Source of the DNA: Promethearchaeota archaeon
Lineage (GTDB): Archaea; Asgardarchaeota; Heimdallarchaeia; Hodarchaeales; Hodarchaeaceae
DNA length: 64,000 bases
Reading direction: 5' to 3'
NCBI GenBank assembly: GCA_048938105.1
Contig: JBHLMN010000018.1
Location: 72,960-136,959 of the forward strand
Position 1 is the first letter of the stretch. Each line of letters starts with the position of its first letter. The translations under genes and the position numbers were made by a program. This document shows positions 10,929 to 20,560 of this stretch, in pieces. The notes under the pieces were generated by a model. It made no database searches. It had not been told where the DNA came from and saw nothing but the letters and a program-made list of their open reading frames with translations.

Positions 10929-11281
10929 GTTACAATCATTATTTACAGCAATTATTTTAATTTCTTATGAGATATCTAGTCAATAGCCATTCTTGTTTTT
11001 ATAAAAATACATCGAATCAATTATATTTTAGCTAATTTCTAACATTATAGCAATTTTAGAGTTAATATTGCTTAAGAAAAGGCTTTTTGTTTGATTCTGA
11101 GGGTGAAATTCTGGTAATTAAAACACTCCAAATACTTTTGGAAATGTTTATTTCAGATATTGATAAATCAGCTCTTAATATGTTACTTAAATAAATGAAA
11201 TACGCAATTAATATTCTGAAAAATTAAAAAAACACTATCGATTTTTAGTAAAATCAATAATCAGTCTGGGGCTAATCGAAG

Positions 11282-11500
11282 ATGACGTCTGCTAAAACAG
11301 TTACAATTCCAGGGGATATAATAGAAAACATTCGAAAGCGGATTAAAAAGAGTGCTTTCTCAACAGAAGAAGACTTTATAATATTTGTTTTAAGAATCCT
11401 TATGGAAGATAAGAATAAAAATTCAACTAATTCCGAGCCATTTTCCGAGGAGGAGGAAGAACGTGTCATGGAACGATTACGTGGGTTAGGTTATCTATAG
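11282..11500 (+). CDS. Small ribbon-helix-helix (CopG-like) protein with C-terminal EEEERVMERLRGLGYL motif
   Basis: N-terminal 'TVTIPGDIIENIRKRI...FSTEEDFIIFVLR' RHH pattern; acidic LxxLGY tail. Confidence 0.8.
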   Translation: MTSAKTVTIPGDIIENIRKRIKKSAFSTEEDFIIFVLRILMEDKNKNSTNSEPFSEEEEERVMERLRGLGYL

Positions 11501-11533
11501 ATTATTGATAACAAGGATATAAAATTGGTAGTG

Positions 11534-11890
11534 ATGTCAGAAAATAGATGACTATCTAAATCTACAATTATTCCTTTTTCAATTAGAATTTTCATTCCTA
11601 AAAAATAGGCTTTAACATACCTCTTAGTATTGTCAATTCTTCCTCTTTCTCTCTCTAATAAGTATGCAGACTAATCACAAACAAATAAATTTATAGTTGA
11701 ACTAAGTGATCAACAGAAAATTACCCCTGATGGTTTATCTTATCATATAGTCAACCTGATAAAAAACACGACAAATCCGATTCAAGCTGACATAATCTCA
11801 TCATACAACGCGTTTGAAGGATATAATCTGTTTGTTCTTAACAAAAAAAATAGAAATAATCCTTCTTTAGGGGATAGTTCTCATGATTAA
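11534..11890 (+). pseudogene. Decayed 5' fragment of a third ASST-like gene
   Basis: One frame from ATG 11534 with three internal stops encodes a signal-like segment and 'LSYHIVNLIKN...NAFEGYNLFVL', matching 'LLYKILQLWNN...NVFDGYNLFVL' of 9201..10928. Confidence 0.75.
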
Positions 11891-12030
11891 TTGGAGAAGG
11901 GATAAGAAATTTTAAAATGATATTTTTTTGACGAAACTGTTTCAATATAGCGTTTGATTAATTAATACACTTACACAATTATATTAATAGTGTTCAATTC
12001 ATTAACCATAAAATTATACAAAAAATATAT

Positions 12031-13179
12031 GTGATAAATGACATGATTAAACTTAAGAAACAAAAATCAAGCAAATACAAAGAGTTCGACTTTCCAGCTC
12101 CAATGTACTTTATCGTGAAGTTTTTTCATGAATTCTCATTTCTCGCAAATGTTGTGCACACAGTTGAATCATTCCATCTGAAGAAAAGAATTGATAAGAT
12201 TAATATCGACAAACCAATATATATAATAGGACTAGCGAGAGCTGGAACGACAATTACTCTTGAAATGCTCAACAAGCATCCCGATGTGGCTGCGCATAGA
12301 TATTTACACATGGTTTTACCTTATACACCACATTGGACTCAAAAGGTCGCAGATTATACCCCTATAATGACATCTCCAGTAGAACGACTCCATAAAGATA
12401 GAATAGCAGTCACTCGAGATAGTCCCGAGGCAGTTGAGGAAATATTCTGGCAAAAATTTTTTAAGGATACTCATGATGAAGCTCGTTCCAACATCCTTGA
12501 TAATCTGGTTCAGAACCTACCTTTCGAATTTTTTTATCAAGATCATATAAAAAAATTACTTATTAATCGAAAAGCAACTCGCTATTTAGCCAAAAACAAT
12601 TATAACGTAGCTAGAATGGAATATCTACATAAATTATTTCCTGACTTAAAATTTATCATTATTATTCGGAATCCTTTTGATCATATCGCTTCTCTAGCCA
12701 AACAAGACAGAATTTTAAAAGAACTGGAATATGAAGATCCCCGATTACTGGATTGGACTAAGATAATCGGACATAGAGAATTCGGGACAGCGAAAGTTTG
12801 TATTAATTTTGATAATCCCAAGATAATTGAAAGAATTAGGGGTTTATGGAATCAAAAAGAGACATACATGGAAGGATGGGCTGTTTACTGGGCAGAAACT
12901 TATTCATATATTCATAAAAAATTGCAAACAAATCCAAATCTAGCTAAAGCAAGTCTAATAGTTCGTTATGAAGATCTTTGCGAAAAATCTGAGATAACGA
13001 TTGATAGAATCATCGACCATATAGAAGTGGATCCGAAAAAATTTCTCAAGATAAAAAAACTATATTCCAAACGTTTAAGAAAGCCTACTTATTATATAGC
13101 TAAATTTACTAATAAAGAACAAGAGAAAATAATTCAAATAACAGGGAAAATTGCCAAAAAGTTTGGATATGTTTTCTAA
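12031..13179 (+). CDS. PAPS-dependent sulfotransferase (Sulfotransfer_3-like), cytoplasmic
   Basis: 5'-PSB loop IIGLARAGTT, 3'-PB IIRNPFDHIASL, VRYEDL; no signal peptide. Confidence 0.9.
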   Translation: MINDMIKLKKQKSSKYKEFDFPAPMYFIVKFFHEFSFLANVVHTVESFHLKKRIDKINIDKPIYIIGLARAGTTITLEMLNKHPDVAAHRYLHMVLPYTPHWTQKVADYTPIMTSPVERLHKDRIAVTRDSPEAVEEIFWQKFFKDTHDEARSNILDNLVQNLPFEFFYQDHIKKLLINRKATRYLAKNNYNVARMEYLHKLFPDLKFIIIIRNPFDHIASLAKQDRILKELEYEDPRLLDWTKIIGHREFGTAKVCINFDNPKIIERIRGLWNQKETYMEGWAVYWAETYSYIHKKLQTNPNLAKASLIVRYEDLCEKSEITIDRIIDHIEVDPKKFLKIKKLYSKRLRKPTYYIAKFTNKEQEKIIQITGKIAKKFGYVF

Positions 13180-13229
13180 TCATATCCTAAAAGTTAAATT
13201 TATATTATTACTTCAAAGATGACGCTCTT

Positions 13230-15356
13230 ATGCGGAAATCAGTGAAAATCCTCCTAATTGCCAGTGTAATCATTGTTATCATTAGTATTCCAATAATCTT
13301 TATTATTTCTAACGTTTTGAGAATGGGGCAAAAACCTCCACCATTTACTTTAGATAATGCTCCGGAACAAATCATCATTTCCCGAAATGATATAAGAAAG
13401 AAATTAGAAAATAATACCTTTTCTTTGGAGGAAGACAGCCAGATATTCCTTGATTTTAGCCAATGGATGGCAAATAATTGTCCTGATATACTAAACTTAG
13501 TCAAGAATTGGAAACAAACAGTCCTATTTGAAATTAAAAACTCTACCTATGATATGTGGTGGATAATTGGAAATAATTCAGCTATTGTGGAAGTAGGTAC
13601 AAATCCACCTCAAAATTACGGGCTGCTTATTAAATTAGACTTCAAAACCTTCACTGAAATACTCAGACAAGAGGAAACACCATTATCAGCTTTTCTGAAA
13701 GGGAATTTGATATATGAAGGTTCTTTTGATGAAGCGCTCAAAGTTGCTGAAATTACTAATATTGTAAGTGCAACTGTAATGGACACCTATACCCCAGCTA
13801 TTCTAGGTGGGCCCACTTTTAAAATAACAGTAGATAAGAGTGAGCTATATGAAGAGGAGGGATTAACCCTCTTTCCATGCATTAGTGTCACCATTAATCC
13901 TGATCACATTGGAAAACTGCATAAATCTCTGATAGGACAGGGTTCTGTCATAATAGTGGACCAAAGAGGGAAGATAGTTGCAAAACTTGAAGATTCTTCA
14001 CATTCAGTACATGAATTCATCAATTCAACTACTGTTATGATGGGTGGACAAGAGCCTGGATATATGCAATTATGGAACTTCAAAGAGAATATTACTGAAA
14101 CACTAGAAGTACCATGTGGACACCATGATCTTGATTATAATCCAGTCTCGGACACTTTTATGGTGTTAGAGTACATCTATTTAAAGGAGAAATGGGGTAA
14201 AGACAATATCACTGTTACTTATGACCTTCTATCGGAATATAATAGGGCGGGAGAGCTAGTGTGGCAATGGGATCCCAGTATTTTTTTCCCTTTCAACGCT
14301 ACACGTTATACAAGCTTGGGTTTAAATGAAACGTTCCGCGGTGGAGCAGATTGGATGCATTCTAATAGCTTTGTCTGGGATAAGACACTTAAGGTCATTT
14401 ACTTAAATGTTCGCAATCTTGACACGATCTTGAAGATTAATTATACTACTAAAGAGGTGATTTGGGATGCTGGTCGTGGAGGGGACTTCACTTTACTTAA
14501 CAAAGTAGGAGAAGAAGTAGATACTCTCTTCTGTCATCCTCATGGTTTTGAACGGATAAGCTCTGATAGGTACATCTTATTTGATAATGACTTGTTTAAT
14601 CAATCCAATCCATCTACTATGTCAATAGAAAACTCTACTGGACACTCAAGGTTCTTAGAATTTGAAATAGACGAAGAAAACCATATTATGAGAGAGATTT
14701 GGTCATGGGTACCTTCAAATCAATCTTACTATTTCCCCGAATCAGGAGGGGATGCGGACCGTTTACCAAATGGAAATACTATAGGGATTTTTGGAGATAA
14801 GGCTTTAATTCTCAATTTACGCGATCCAGTGATTCTTACAGAAGTAACCAAAAATGGAACAATTGCTTGGGAATTACAAATACCAGGAATGAATAACACT
14901 TTCTTCTGGGTGCACCGATTAGAGAGATTTTATGCAAAACCACTTATTACCATTCATGATCAATCTATTGATTTAAGTGATGGATTTCTATGGATTAATC
15001 TTTCGACATGGAATACTTTTAAACAAGATGCAACCTTTCAAGGTATAATAAAAATAGTTGCGGATGGACAAGAGGTTTCTCAGGAATCATTTGAATTTCT
15101 GCCTCATTGGCAACCAACAACTTTCGAAATAACAGTCAATAATCTCCCATCCAATGCAAAAGCTGTTGAAATCATTATCGAAAACAATGATGGGATCAGA
15201 AATTCTGTTATTATTTATGAAAAATCACAAAACGTCCTTCTTTCATATGGCCCAGTTCTATTCCTTATAGGAAGTGTATTGGTTGCTATTCCTGTTGTTA
15301 TTGCATATGTGAAAATTAAAAGAAAGCGCGATATCCTAGAACAGAATACTGAATGA
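13230..15356 (+). CDS. SCP2 lipid-binding domain + arylsulfotransferase (ASST) fusion, membrane anchored
   Basis: N-terminal TM; SCP2 signature 'LIKLDFKTFTEILRQEETPLSAFLKGNLIYEGSFDEALK'; ASST motifs GHHD, DWMHSNS, FCHPHG, LFDND, GDADRLPNGN, HRLER; C-terminal TM + KIKRKR. Confidence 0.8.
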   Translation: MRKSVKILLIASVIIVIISIPIIFIISNVLRMGQKPPPFTLDNAPEQIIISRNDIRKKLENNTFSLEEDSQIFLDFSQWMANNCPDILNLVKNWKQTVLFEIKNSTYDMWWIIGNNSAIVEVGTNPPQNYGLLIKLDFKTFTEILRQEETPLSAFLKGNLIYEGSFDEALKVAEITNIVSATVMDTYTPAILGGPTFKITVDKSELYEEEGLTLFPCISVTINPDHIGKLHKSLIGQGSVIIVDQRGKIVAKLEDSSHSVHEFINSTTVMMGGQEPGYMQLWNFKENITETLEVPCGHHDLDYNPVSDTFMVLEYIYLKEKWGKDNITVTYDLLSEYNRAGELVWQWDPSIFFPFNATRYTSLGLNETFRGGADWMHSNSFVWDKTLKVIYLNVRNLDTILKINYTTKEVIWDAGRGGDFTLLNKVGEEVDTLFCHPHGFERISSDRYILFDNDLFNQSNPSTMSIENSTGHSRFLEFEIDEENHIMREIWSWVPSNQSYYFPESGGDADRLPNGNTIGIFGDKALILNLRDPVILTEVTKNGTIAWELQIPGMNNTFFWVHRLERFYAKPLITIHDQSIDLSDGFLWINLSTWNTFKQDATFQGIIKIVADGQEVSQESFEFLPHWQPTTFEITVNNLPSNAKAVEIIIENNDGIRNSVIIYEKSQNVLLSYGPVLFLIGSVLVAIPVVIAYVKIKRKRDILEQNTE

Positions 15357-15394
15357 GAAGGTCTTTCTACTATAGTTTTTTTTCTTCCATCTTT

Positions 15395-17074
15395 TCAATT
15401 TGTTCGCTTTCGAAATAACAAGATTAACGAAAATCCACTTAAAAGTGAAATAAGTGGAAAATTACTTGCATTTGGATTACTGGTGCCATCAGAACCGGTT
15501 TCAGATGTCTGTGCGGATGATTCTGTTGATGAGGGTCTTGAACGGAGTTCTATTGTTACTGTGTCTTTTGCACGATTTCCAAAGATATCATCAAGTACTA
15601 AAACAATTTCAACGGTTTCATTCTTATCAGTCAATCCCAATTTGTAAGAGACCGATGATTCTTCCCATGAGCTTTGTTCCACCATTATATTCTCGACAGA
15701 AACAGAATAGTTCCATGGATTAAGATCGTATACTTCCCAGGATATTTGAACAGTCTTCTGATCCGACCATACCCAAAAATCGTCTGGACCAGTTATTTGA
15801 GGGAGATCAGTCTCATAATCAGGTTGGTTGTAATAGATGGCTTCAATCGCGTCTAATTCAACGTTTTTTTCTTCAGAAATACATTCGATCCAAATATACC
15901 TAGCAGATGTAAGCCCAACTGCTGATAGATCGAAGCTTTGATTACCACTCCCAGTTCCTAGGATAACAAAGGGACTAGTGAAATTGTTACCAACTCGAAC
16001 AAGGTAATCACCATCTCCAGCGATAACTGTAAAGTCTGATCCAGTTCCATTTATAATTTCTTGATTTAATCCCATATCCAAGACAAGATACCCATTTCCA
16101 TAATCTATGTAAATTACAGCAAGTTTATCATCGGGGGAACCAAGTGCATTCTCACCATAAAGATACCAAGTAGAAAGTCCTTCTAGAAACCAATTTGCAT
16201 AAGCATCAAGATAACCTGATGGAGGCTTTGAGCGAAGTTCTATTGTTACTGTGTCTTTTGCACGGTTTCCAAAGATATCATCAAGTATTAAAGTAATTTT
16301 AAGAGAATTATTTCTATTCATTAAATCCAAATTGTATGTAATTAGAGATTCTTCCCATGGGAGCTGTTCTACTGTTATATTCTCGACAGAAATAGAATAG
16401 TTCCATGGATTAAGATCGTATACTTCCCAGGATATTTGAACAGTCTTCTGATCCGACCACACCCAAAAATCGTCTGGACCAGTTATTTGAGGGAGATCAG
16501 TCTCATAGTCAGGTTGGTTGTAATAAATGGCTTCAATCGCATCAAGTTCAACAGTTTCTTCAGAAATACATTCGATCCAAACATACCTTGCAGAGATAAG
16601 CCCAACTGTTGAGAGATCGAAGCTTTGATTACCACTCCCAGTTCCTAGGATAACAAAGGGACTAGTGAAATTGTTACCAACTCGAACAAGGTAATCACCA
16701 TCTCCAGCGATAATTGTAAAGTCTGATCCAGTTCCATTTATGATTTCTTGCCTAAAATCCATATCTAAGACAAGATACCCATTACCATAATCTTGGTAAA
16801 TCAAAGCATAATTATTATCAGGGGGACCAAGTGCATTCTCACCATAAAGATACCAGGTGGAAAGTCCTTCAATAATGTAATTTGCATAAGCATCAAGATA
16901 ATTTTTCACTGATTGAACGCAAATAATGTCTTTAAATGAACTATACTCAATATCGGGTTGCTCTGCGACTTGTATTTTCGTCAATGAATCAATAGAATTT
17001 AACTGAATTAAGCCAACACTAGTGAAAAAAATCAAAAAGAATCCTATTGTTATATGCATAGATTTGATTTGCAT
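15395..17074 (-). CDS. Anchored cell-surface protein with two near-identical ~230-aa units
   Basis: Signal peptide; duplicated 'YLDAYAN...ALG[PS]PD...NGTGSDFT...DDIFGNRAKDTVTIELRS'; Ser/Thr linker, TM, RKR tail. Confidence 0.8.
   Translation of the reverse strand: MQIKSMHITIGFFLIFFTSVGLIQLNSIDSLTKIQVAEQPDIEYSSFKDIICVQSVKNYLDAYANYIIEGLSTWYLYGENALGPPDNNYALIYQDYGNGYLVLDMDFRQEIINGTGSDFTIIAGDGDYLVRVGNNFTSPFVILGTGSGNQSFDLSTVGLISARYVWIECISEETVELDAIEAIYYNQPDYETDLPQITGPDDFWVWSDQKTVQISWEVYDLNPWNYSISVENITVEQLPWEESLITYNLDLMNRNNSLKITLILDDIFGNRAKDTVTIELRSKPPSGYLDAYANWFLEGLSTWYLYGENALGSPDDKLAVIYIDYGNGYLVLDMGLNQEIINGTGSDFTVIAGDGDYLVRVGNNFTSPFVILGTGSGNQSFDLSAVGLTSARYIWIECISEEKNVELDAIEAIYYNQPDYETDLPQITGPDDFWVWSDQKTVQISWEVYDLNPWNYSVSVENIMVEQSSWEESSVSYKLGLTDKNETVEIVLVLDDIFGNRAKDTVTIELRSRPSSTESSAQTSETGSDGTSNPNASNFPLISLLSGFSLILLFRKRTN
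15545..16900. repeat. Intragenic tandem duplication, two copies of ~690 bp
   Basis: Long identical DNA runs (e.g. ttccatggattaagatcgtatacttcccaggatatttgaacagtcttctgatccgacca) recur ~690 bp apart. Confidence 0.9.
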
Positions 17075-17375
17075 AATCTTTCATTCCTAGGAATTATTCA
17101 TCGCAAACCACTTTTTGTTACTCACTTCATATTAATTTCTAGAGTGGTTTGATTCATAAGCAGTTTTTCTTCCTCTCAACAAATTATGAAAACTGAAAAA
17201 ATCAGGAATTTATAGAAAATCATCTTATCCCCTCCAGTTTTTTGGATTTAAAGAAAGATCTAATTCTATATGGATTTTTTGCGGATTTTTATTTCAGGGT
17301 GGTTTAAAAATCATTACTAGGAATGAAAAAGTACATGTTTACACTAATCCATAGTTAAAGTATAGGTGAATTTAA

Positions 17376-19967
17376 CTGAAAGATAAAATAAAATGGTTAT
17401 GTCTGGCAATATTGGTCACATTTAGTTTATTAATCTTTGACAATACGCCGATCCCTGATCCAACTATGGCCGCTTTAGGTGACGATTTCTTTGAAGACTT
17501 TGAAGGATCAGACTTTTCAGCCTGGACAGCAACTGGGCTTTGGCATATCGAGAATAATGACACTTCATTGTGGCCGATAGATGGTATTCCAAGCAAGTCT
17601 CAGTACGCTTGGTATGGTAATAGTACTTCAGGTAATTACGATACTGGTGAATCAAATTTTGGAAATTTCACCTCAGATAGCATTGATCTCACTGGATTAT
17701 CAGAACCTATTGAACTAGGGTTTTGGAGCTGGGCCCAAACAGAAAGTTCTGAAGAATACGATAAAAAGATGATCTTTATCTCCCCAGATGGAGGTAATTC
17801 ATGGAAAAAATTAGGTATGATCCCAAATGAAGAAGGATGGCAATATTGGACGTATGATATTACCGATTTCAAGGATAACAACGAATTTCGGATAAGTTTC
17901 TCTTTCGACACAATTGATTCCATAGATAATCTTCATCGTGGTTGGTTGATTGATGATATCAGTATAGGTAAGCCATTAGAACGCTTTGAGCTCTGGATTG
18001 AGCAAGAAACTCATGCATTTATTTTCGATTCGGGTATTATGAAATTCAACGCAAAATCCTACTTTGATTACTCAATAAAAACCAATATCACAATAACCAT
18101 CGAGACACCAAGTAATATAATAGAAATACTATATGTCAATGATGGGGTAGAGTTTAGTGCCTATGAGTTGTGGAGTATTCCTATTGAGTACACTTTCGAA
18201 GAAGCAGGTGATTATCACGTCAATTTCATTTTAGACGATGCTACTGGGAAGAGTTGGATTGCCGATTGCTGGTGGGACATTGATGAGGATGTTTTTAACC
18301 TTTGGATCGGACAAGATAAGCAAGCATTTCTCTATGAAGAAAGAATGATGGAATTTTCCGCAACATCTTATTTTAATGACTCAAAGATTGTCGATGTCAG
18401 CATCAATATTGAAAGACCTAATAGTGGATATGAAAACCTGTATTATAAAGAAGACATTTGGATATCAGCTTTTGGGACATGGAATCACACGCTTAGCTAT
18501 AAGTTTACACAGATCGGTTACTATTATGTTGATTTCATCGTAATTGATGAAGATGGTGTTGAATGGGGTATTAGCTGTGAATGGGAAATTCAAGGAGAGA
18601 AAAACAATACTTTCATCCTCTGGATCGAACAGGACTACTATGCTCCGATAACTGAGGCTCGGAAGATGGGATTCTTTGTTGAATCCTATTTTGAGAATCC
18701 GATGTATATTAACATCAAAATAGAAATCAAATTACCTAACGGTACAGTTGAAACACTGTATGAGAAAGATAATATTCTGATCGAGGCATCGTGGGAAGAA
18801 TGGCTTGATTACAAATTCACACAAGTAGGTGACTATGTTGTCATTTTTACTTTGATTGATGATACAGGGAAAGACTGGGTTGTTGATTGTTGGTGGAAAG
18901 TGGAAGCAGATTATTATGAGCTCAGGATATATCAAGAAAACGAAGCTGGTGTTACTGATATTCGGAAGATAGAGTTTGAAGCGAAATCCTATTTCAATTA
19001 CCAGATGGAGACTAATATTAGCATACATATTATGACTCCAAATGGATCGATTGAAGTATTATATTATGAAGAAAGTGCTACAATAAAGGATTATGGATAT
19101 TGGAACTACGCCCTTGAATATGAATTCACTGAAGCAGGCGGATACCTCGTCATATTTATCGTAGAGGATGATACAGGAACAGAATGGGTCGAAAATTGTT
19201 GGTGGTGGGTTAAAGAAGATTTCTTCGGCGTTTGGATCGATCAGGAGAATTACGCTCAAGTCAACGATATACGAAAGATGAATTTCCATACTAAATCCTA
19301 TTACAATAGCTCTATGTACGTGGACGTCATCATAGAAATTGAAACACCCTATAGTAATGAAACACTCTATAAAAATTCTGTGGAGATAGACGCATACGAA
19401 TCATGGAATATTTCACTTGAATATGAATTCACACAAGAAGGAGCATACATAGTCTACTTCACTGTAATCGATAAATTTGAGAGAAATTGGTCTACAGATT
19501 GCTGGTGGAAAGTCGAAGCCAAAGAAAAAGAGTATTTTTACTTGGATATCGATCAATACTATCGTGCTGAAATAGGGGACGAAGAGAAAATAGAATTCTA
19601 TGCTAAATCCTATTTCACCCACGATATGGCTGTTAATATTAGTATAACAATCGAAACACCCGACGGCACAATCGAAACATTATACGAAAAGAATTCAGTT
19701 GGGATAGAAGCAGGTGGATCATGGTCGCACTCCCTTGAATACAAGTTCACTGAAGAAGGTGAATATAAAGTTCTCTTTACCTTAATCGATGATATTGGAG
19801 CTAAATGGTTTGAAGATTGTAATTGGAAAATCACAGAACCTAACACTGAAACAGAAGACACAAAAGATACCGAACCATCAATAGGTGTGACGTCAGGATT
19901 TGAAAGTCTTTTTATCATTGTAGCTGTAGCAGCAATGGCGATCTTCTATAAAAAACGTTACGTCTGA
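17376..19967 (+). CDS. Acidic surface protein: N-terminal jelly-roll (MAM/immune-inhibitor-A-like) domain + six ~100-aa Ig-like repeats + SGF-TM anchor
   Basis: 'FFEDFEG...GWLIDDISI' domain; six repeats xIxQ...KSYF...TP.G..E.LY...EY.FT..G.Y...CxW. ORF track starts at 17412; in-frame CTG at 17376 follows AGGTGA and adds a basic n-region. Confidence 0.8.
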   Translation: MKDKIKWLCLAILVTFSLLIFDNTPIPDPTMAALGDDFFEDFEGSDFSAWTATGLWHIENNDTSLWPIDGIPSKSQYAWYGNSTSGNYDTGESNFGNFTSDSIDLTGLSEPIELGFWSWAQTESSEEYDKKMIFISPDGGNSWKKLGMIPNEEGWQYWTYDITDFKDNNEFRISFSFDTIDSIDNLHRGWLIDDISIGKPLERFELWIEQETHAFIFDSGIMKFNAKSYFDYSIKTNITITIETPSNIIEILYVNDGVEFSAYELWSIPIEYTFEEAGDYHVNFILDDATGKSWIADCWWDIDEDVFNLWIGQDKQAFLYEERMMEFSATSYFNDSKIVDVSINIERPNSGYENLYYKEDIWISAFGTWNHTLSYKFTQIGYYYVDFIVIDEDGVEWGISCEWEIQGEKNNTFILWIEQDYYAPITEARKMGFFVESYFENPMYINIKIEIKLPNGTVETLYEKDNILIEASWEEWLDYKFTQVGDYVVIFTLIDDTGKDWVVDCWWKVEADYYELRIYQENEAGVTDIRKIEFEAKSYFNYQMETNISIHIMTPNGSIEVLYYEESATIKDYGYWNYALEYEFTEAGGYLVIFIVEDDTGTEWVENCWWWVKEDFFGVWIDQENYAQVNDIRKMNFHTKSYYNSSMYVDVIIEIETPYSNETLYKNSVEIDAYESWNISLEYEFTQEGAYIVYFTVIDKFERNWSTDCWWKVEAKEKEYFYLDIDQYYRAEIGDEEKIEFYAKSYFTHDMAVNISITIETPDGTIETLYEKNSVGIEAGGSWSHSLEYKFTEEGEYKVLFTLIDDIGAKWFEDCNWKITEPNTETEDTKDTEPSIGVTSGFESLFIIVAVAAMAIFYKKRYV

Positions 19968-20277
19968 TCTGATAAAATGGTTGGATTATCTCCAGCCTTT
20001 CTTCTTTTATTTTTAATTGGGGAATCTAAAATTTTTATTAAAGTCCTCTCGAATTGTGTATCAACAATTAAACATGAAAATATTGAATTTAATGCTAAAA
20101 TTTTTAAAATGAAACTTTAAAAGGGCATTACGCGACAAATAGAGGGAAAATTCAAAAATAAATTAAAAGCTCAGCGATTTACAAAATTTAAGGGAAGGAA
20201 GAAAGCCTTGTTTCGGTAAAAAAGAGAAAATGTGAGGAACCAAAGAAATATCTGGTTTATAGTAAAGCTTGATACGC

Positions 20278-20427
20278 TTAGAATGCAGAAGATGCGATTT
20301 CTTTTGCTAGTCCATGCTTCGTTTCTGTTTCAGAATCTGGAGGTGTCACTGCATTGAGGGGACCGTTATAGTTTAAATAATCGATAGTAATCTGAAGCTC
20401 TTCTTGTGTAATAAGTTGATGAGACAC
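20278..20427 (-). CDS. Unannotated 49-aa peptide (paralog B): MSHQLITQEELQITIDYLNYNGPLNAVTPPDSETETKHGLAKEIASSAF
   Basis: GTG start after GTGAGG SD-like site; ungapped similarity to the adjacent 49-aa ORF. Confidence 0.65.
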   Translation of the reverse strand: MSHQLITQEELQITIDYLNYNGPLNAVTPPDSETETKHGLAKEIASSAF

Positions 20428-20560
20428 CGAGATCCTCACGGATAGTAATTACCAAAATTAAATGTTAAATAGATGAGTGACACGCTTGTAATACACATCC
20501 TCGGGGAAGTAATTCCTTTTTGGAATCCATACATAACAAGAGGAAAACTGAAAAGAGATT

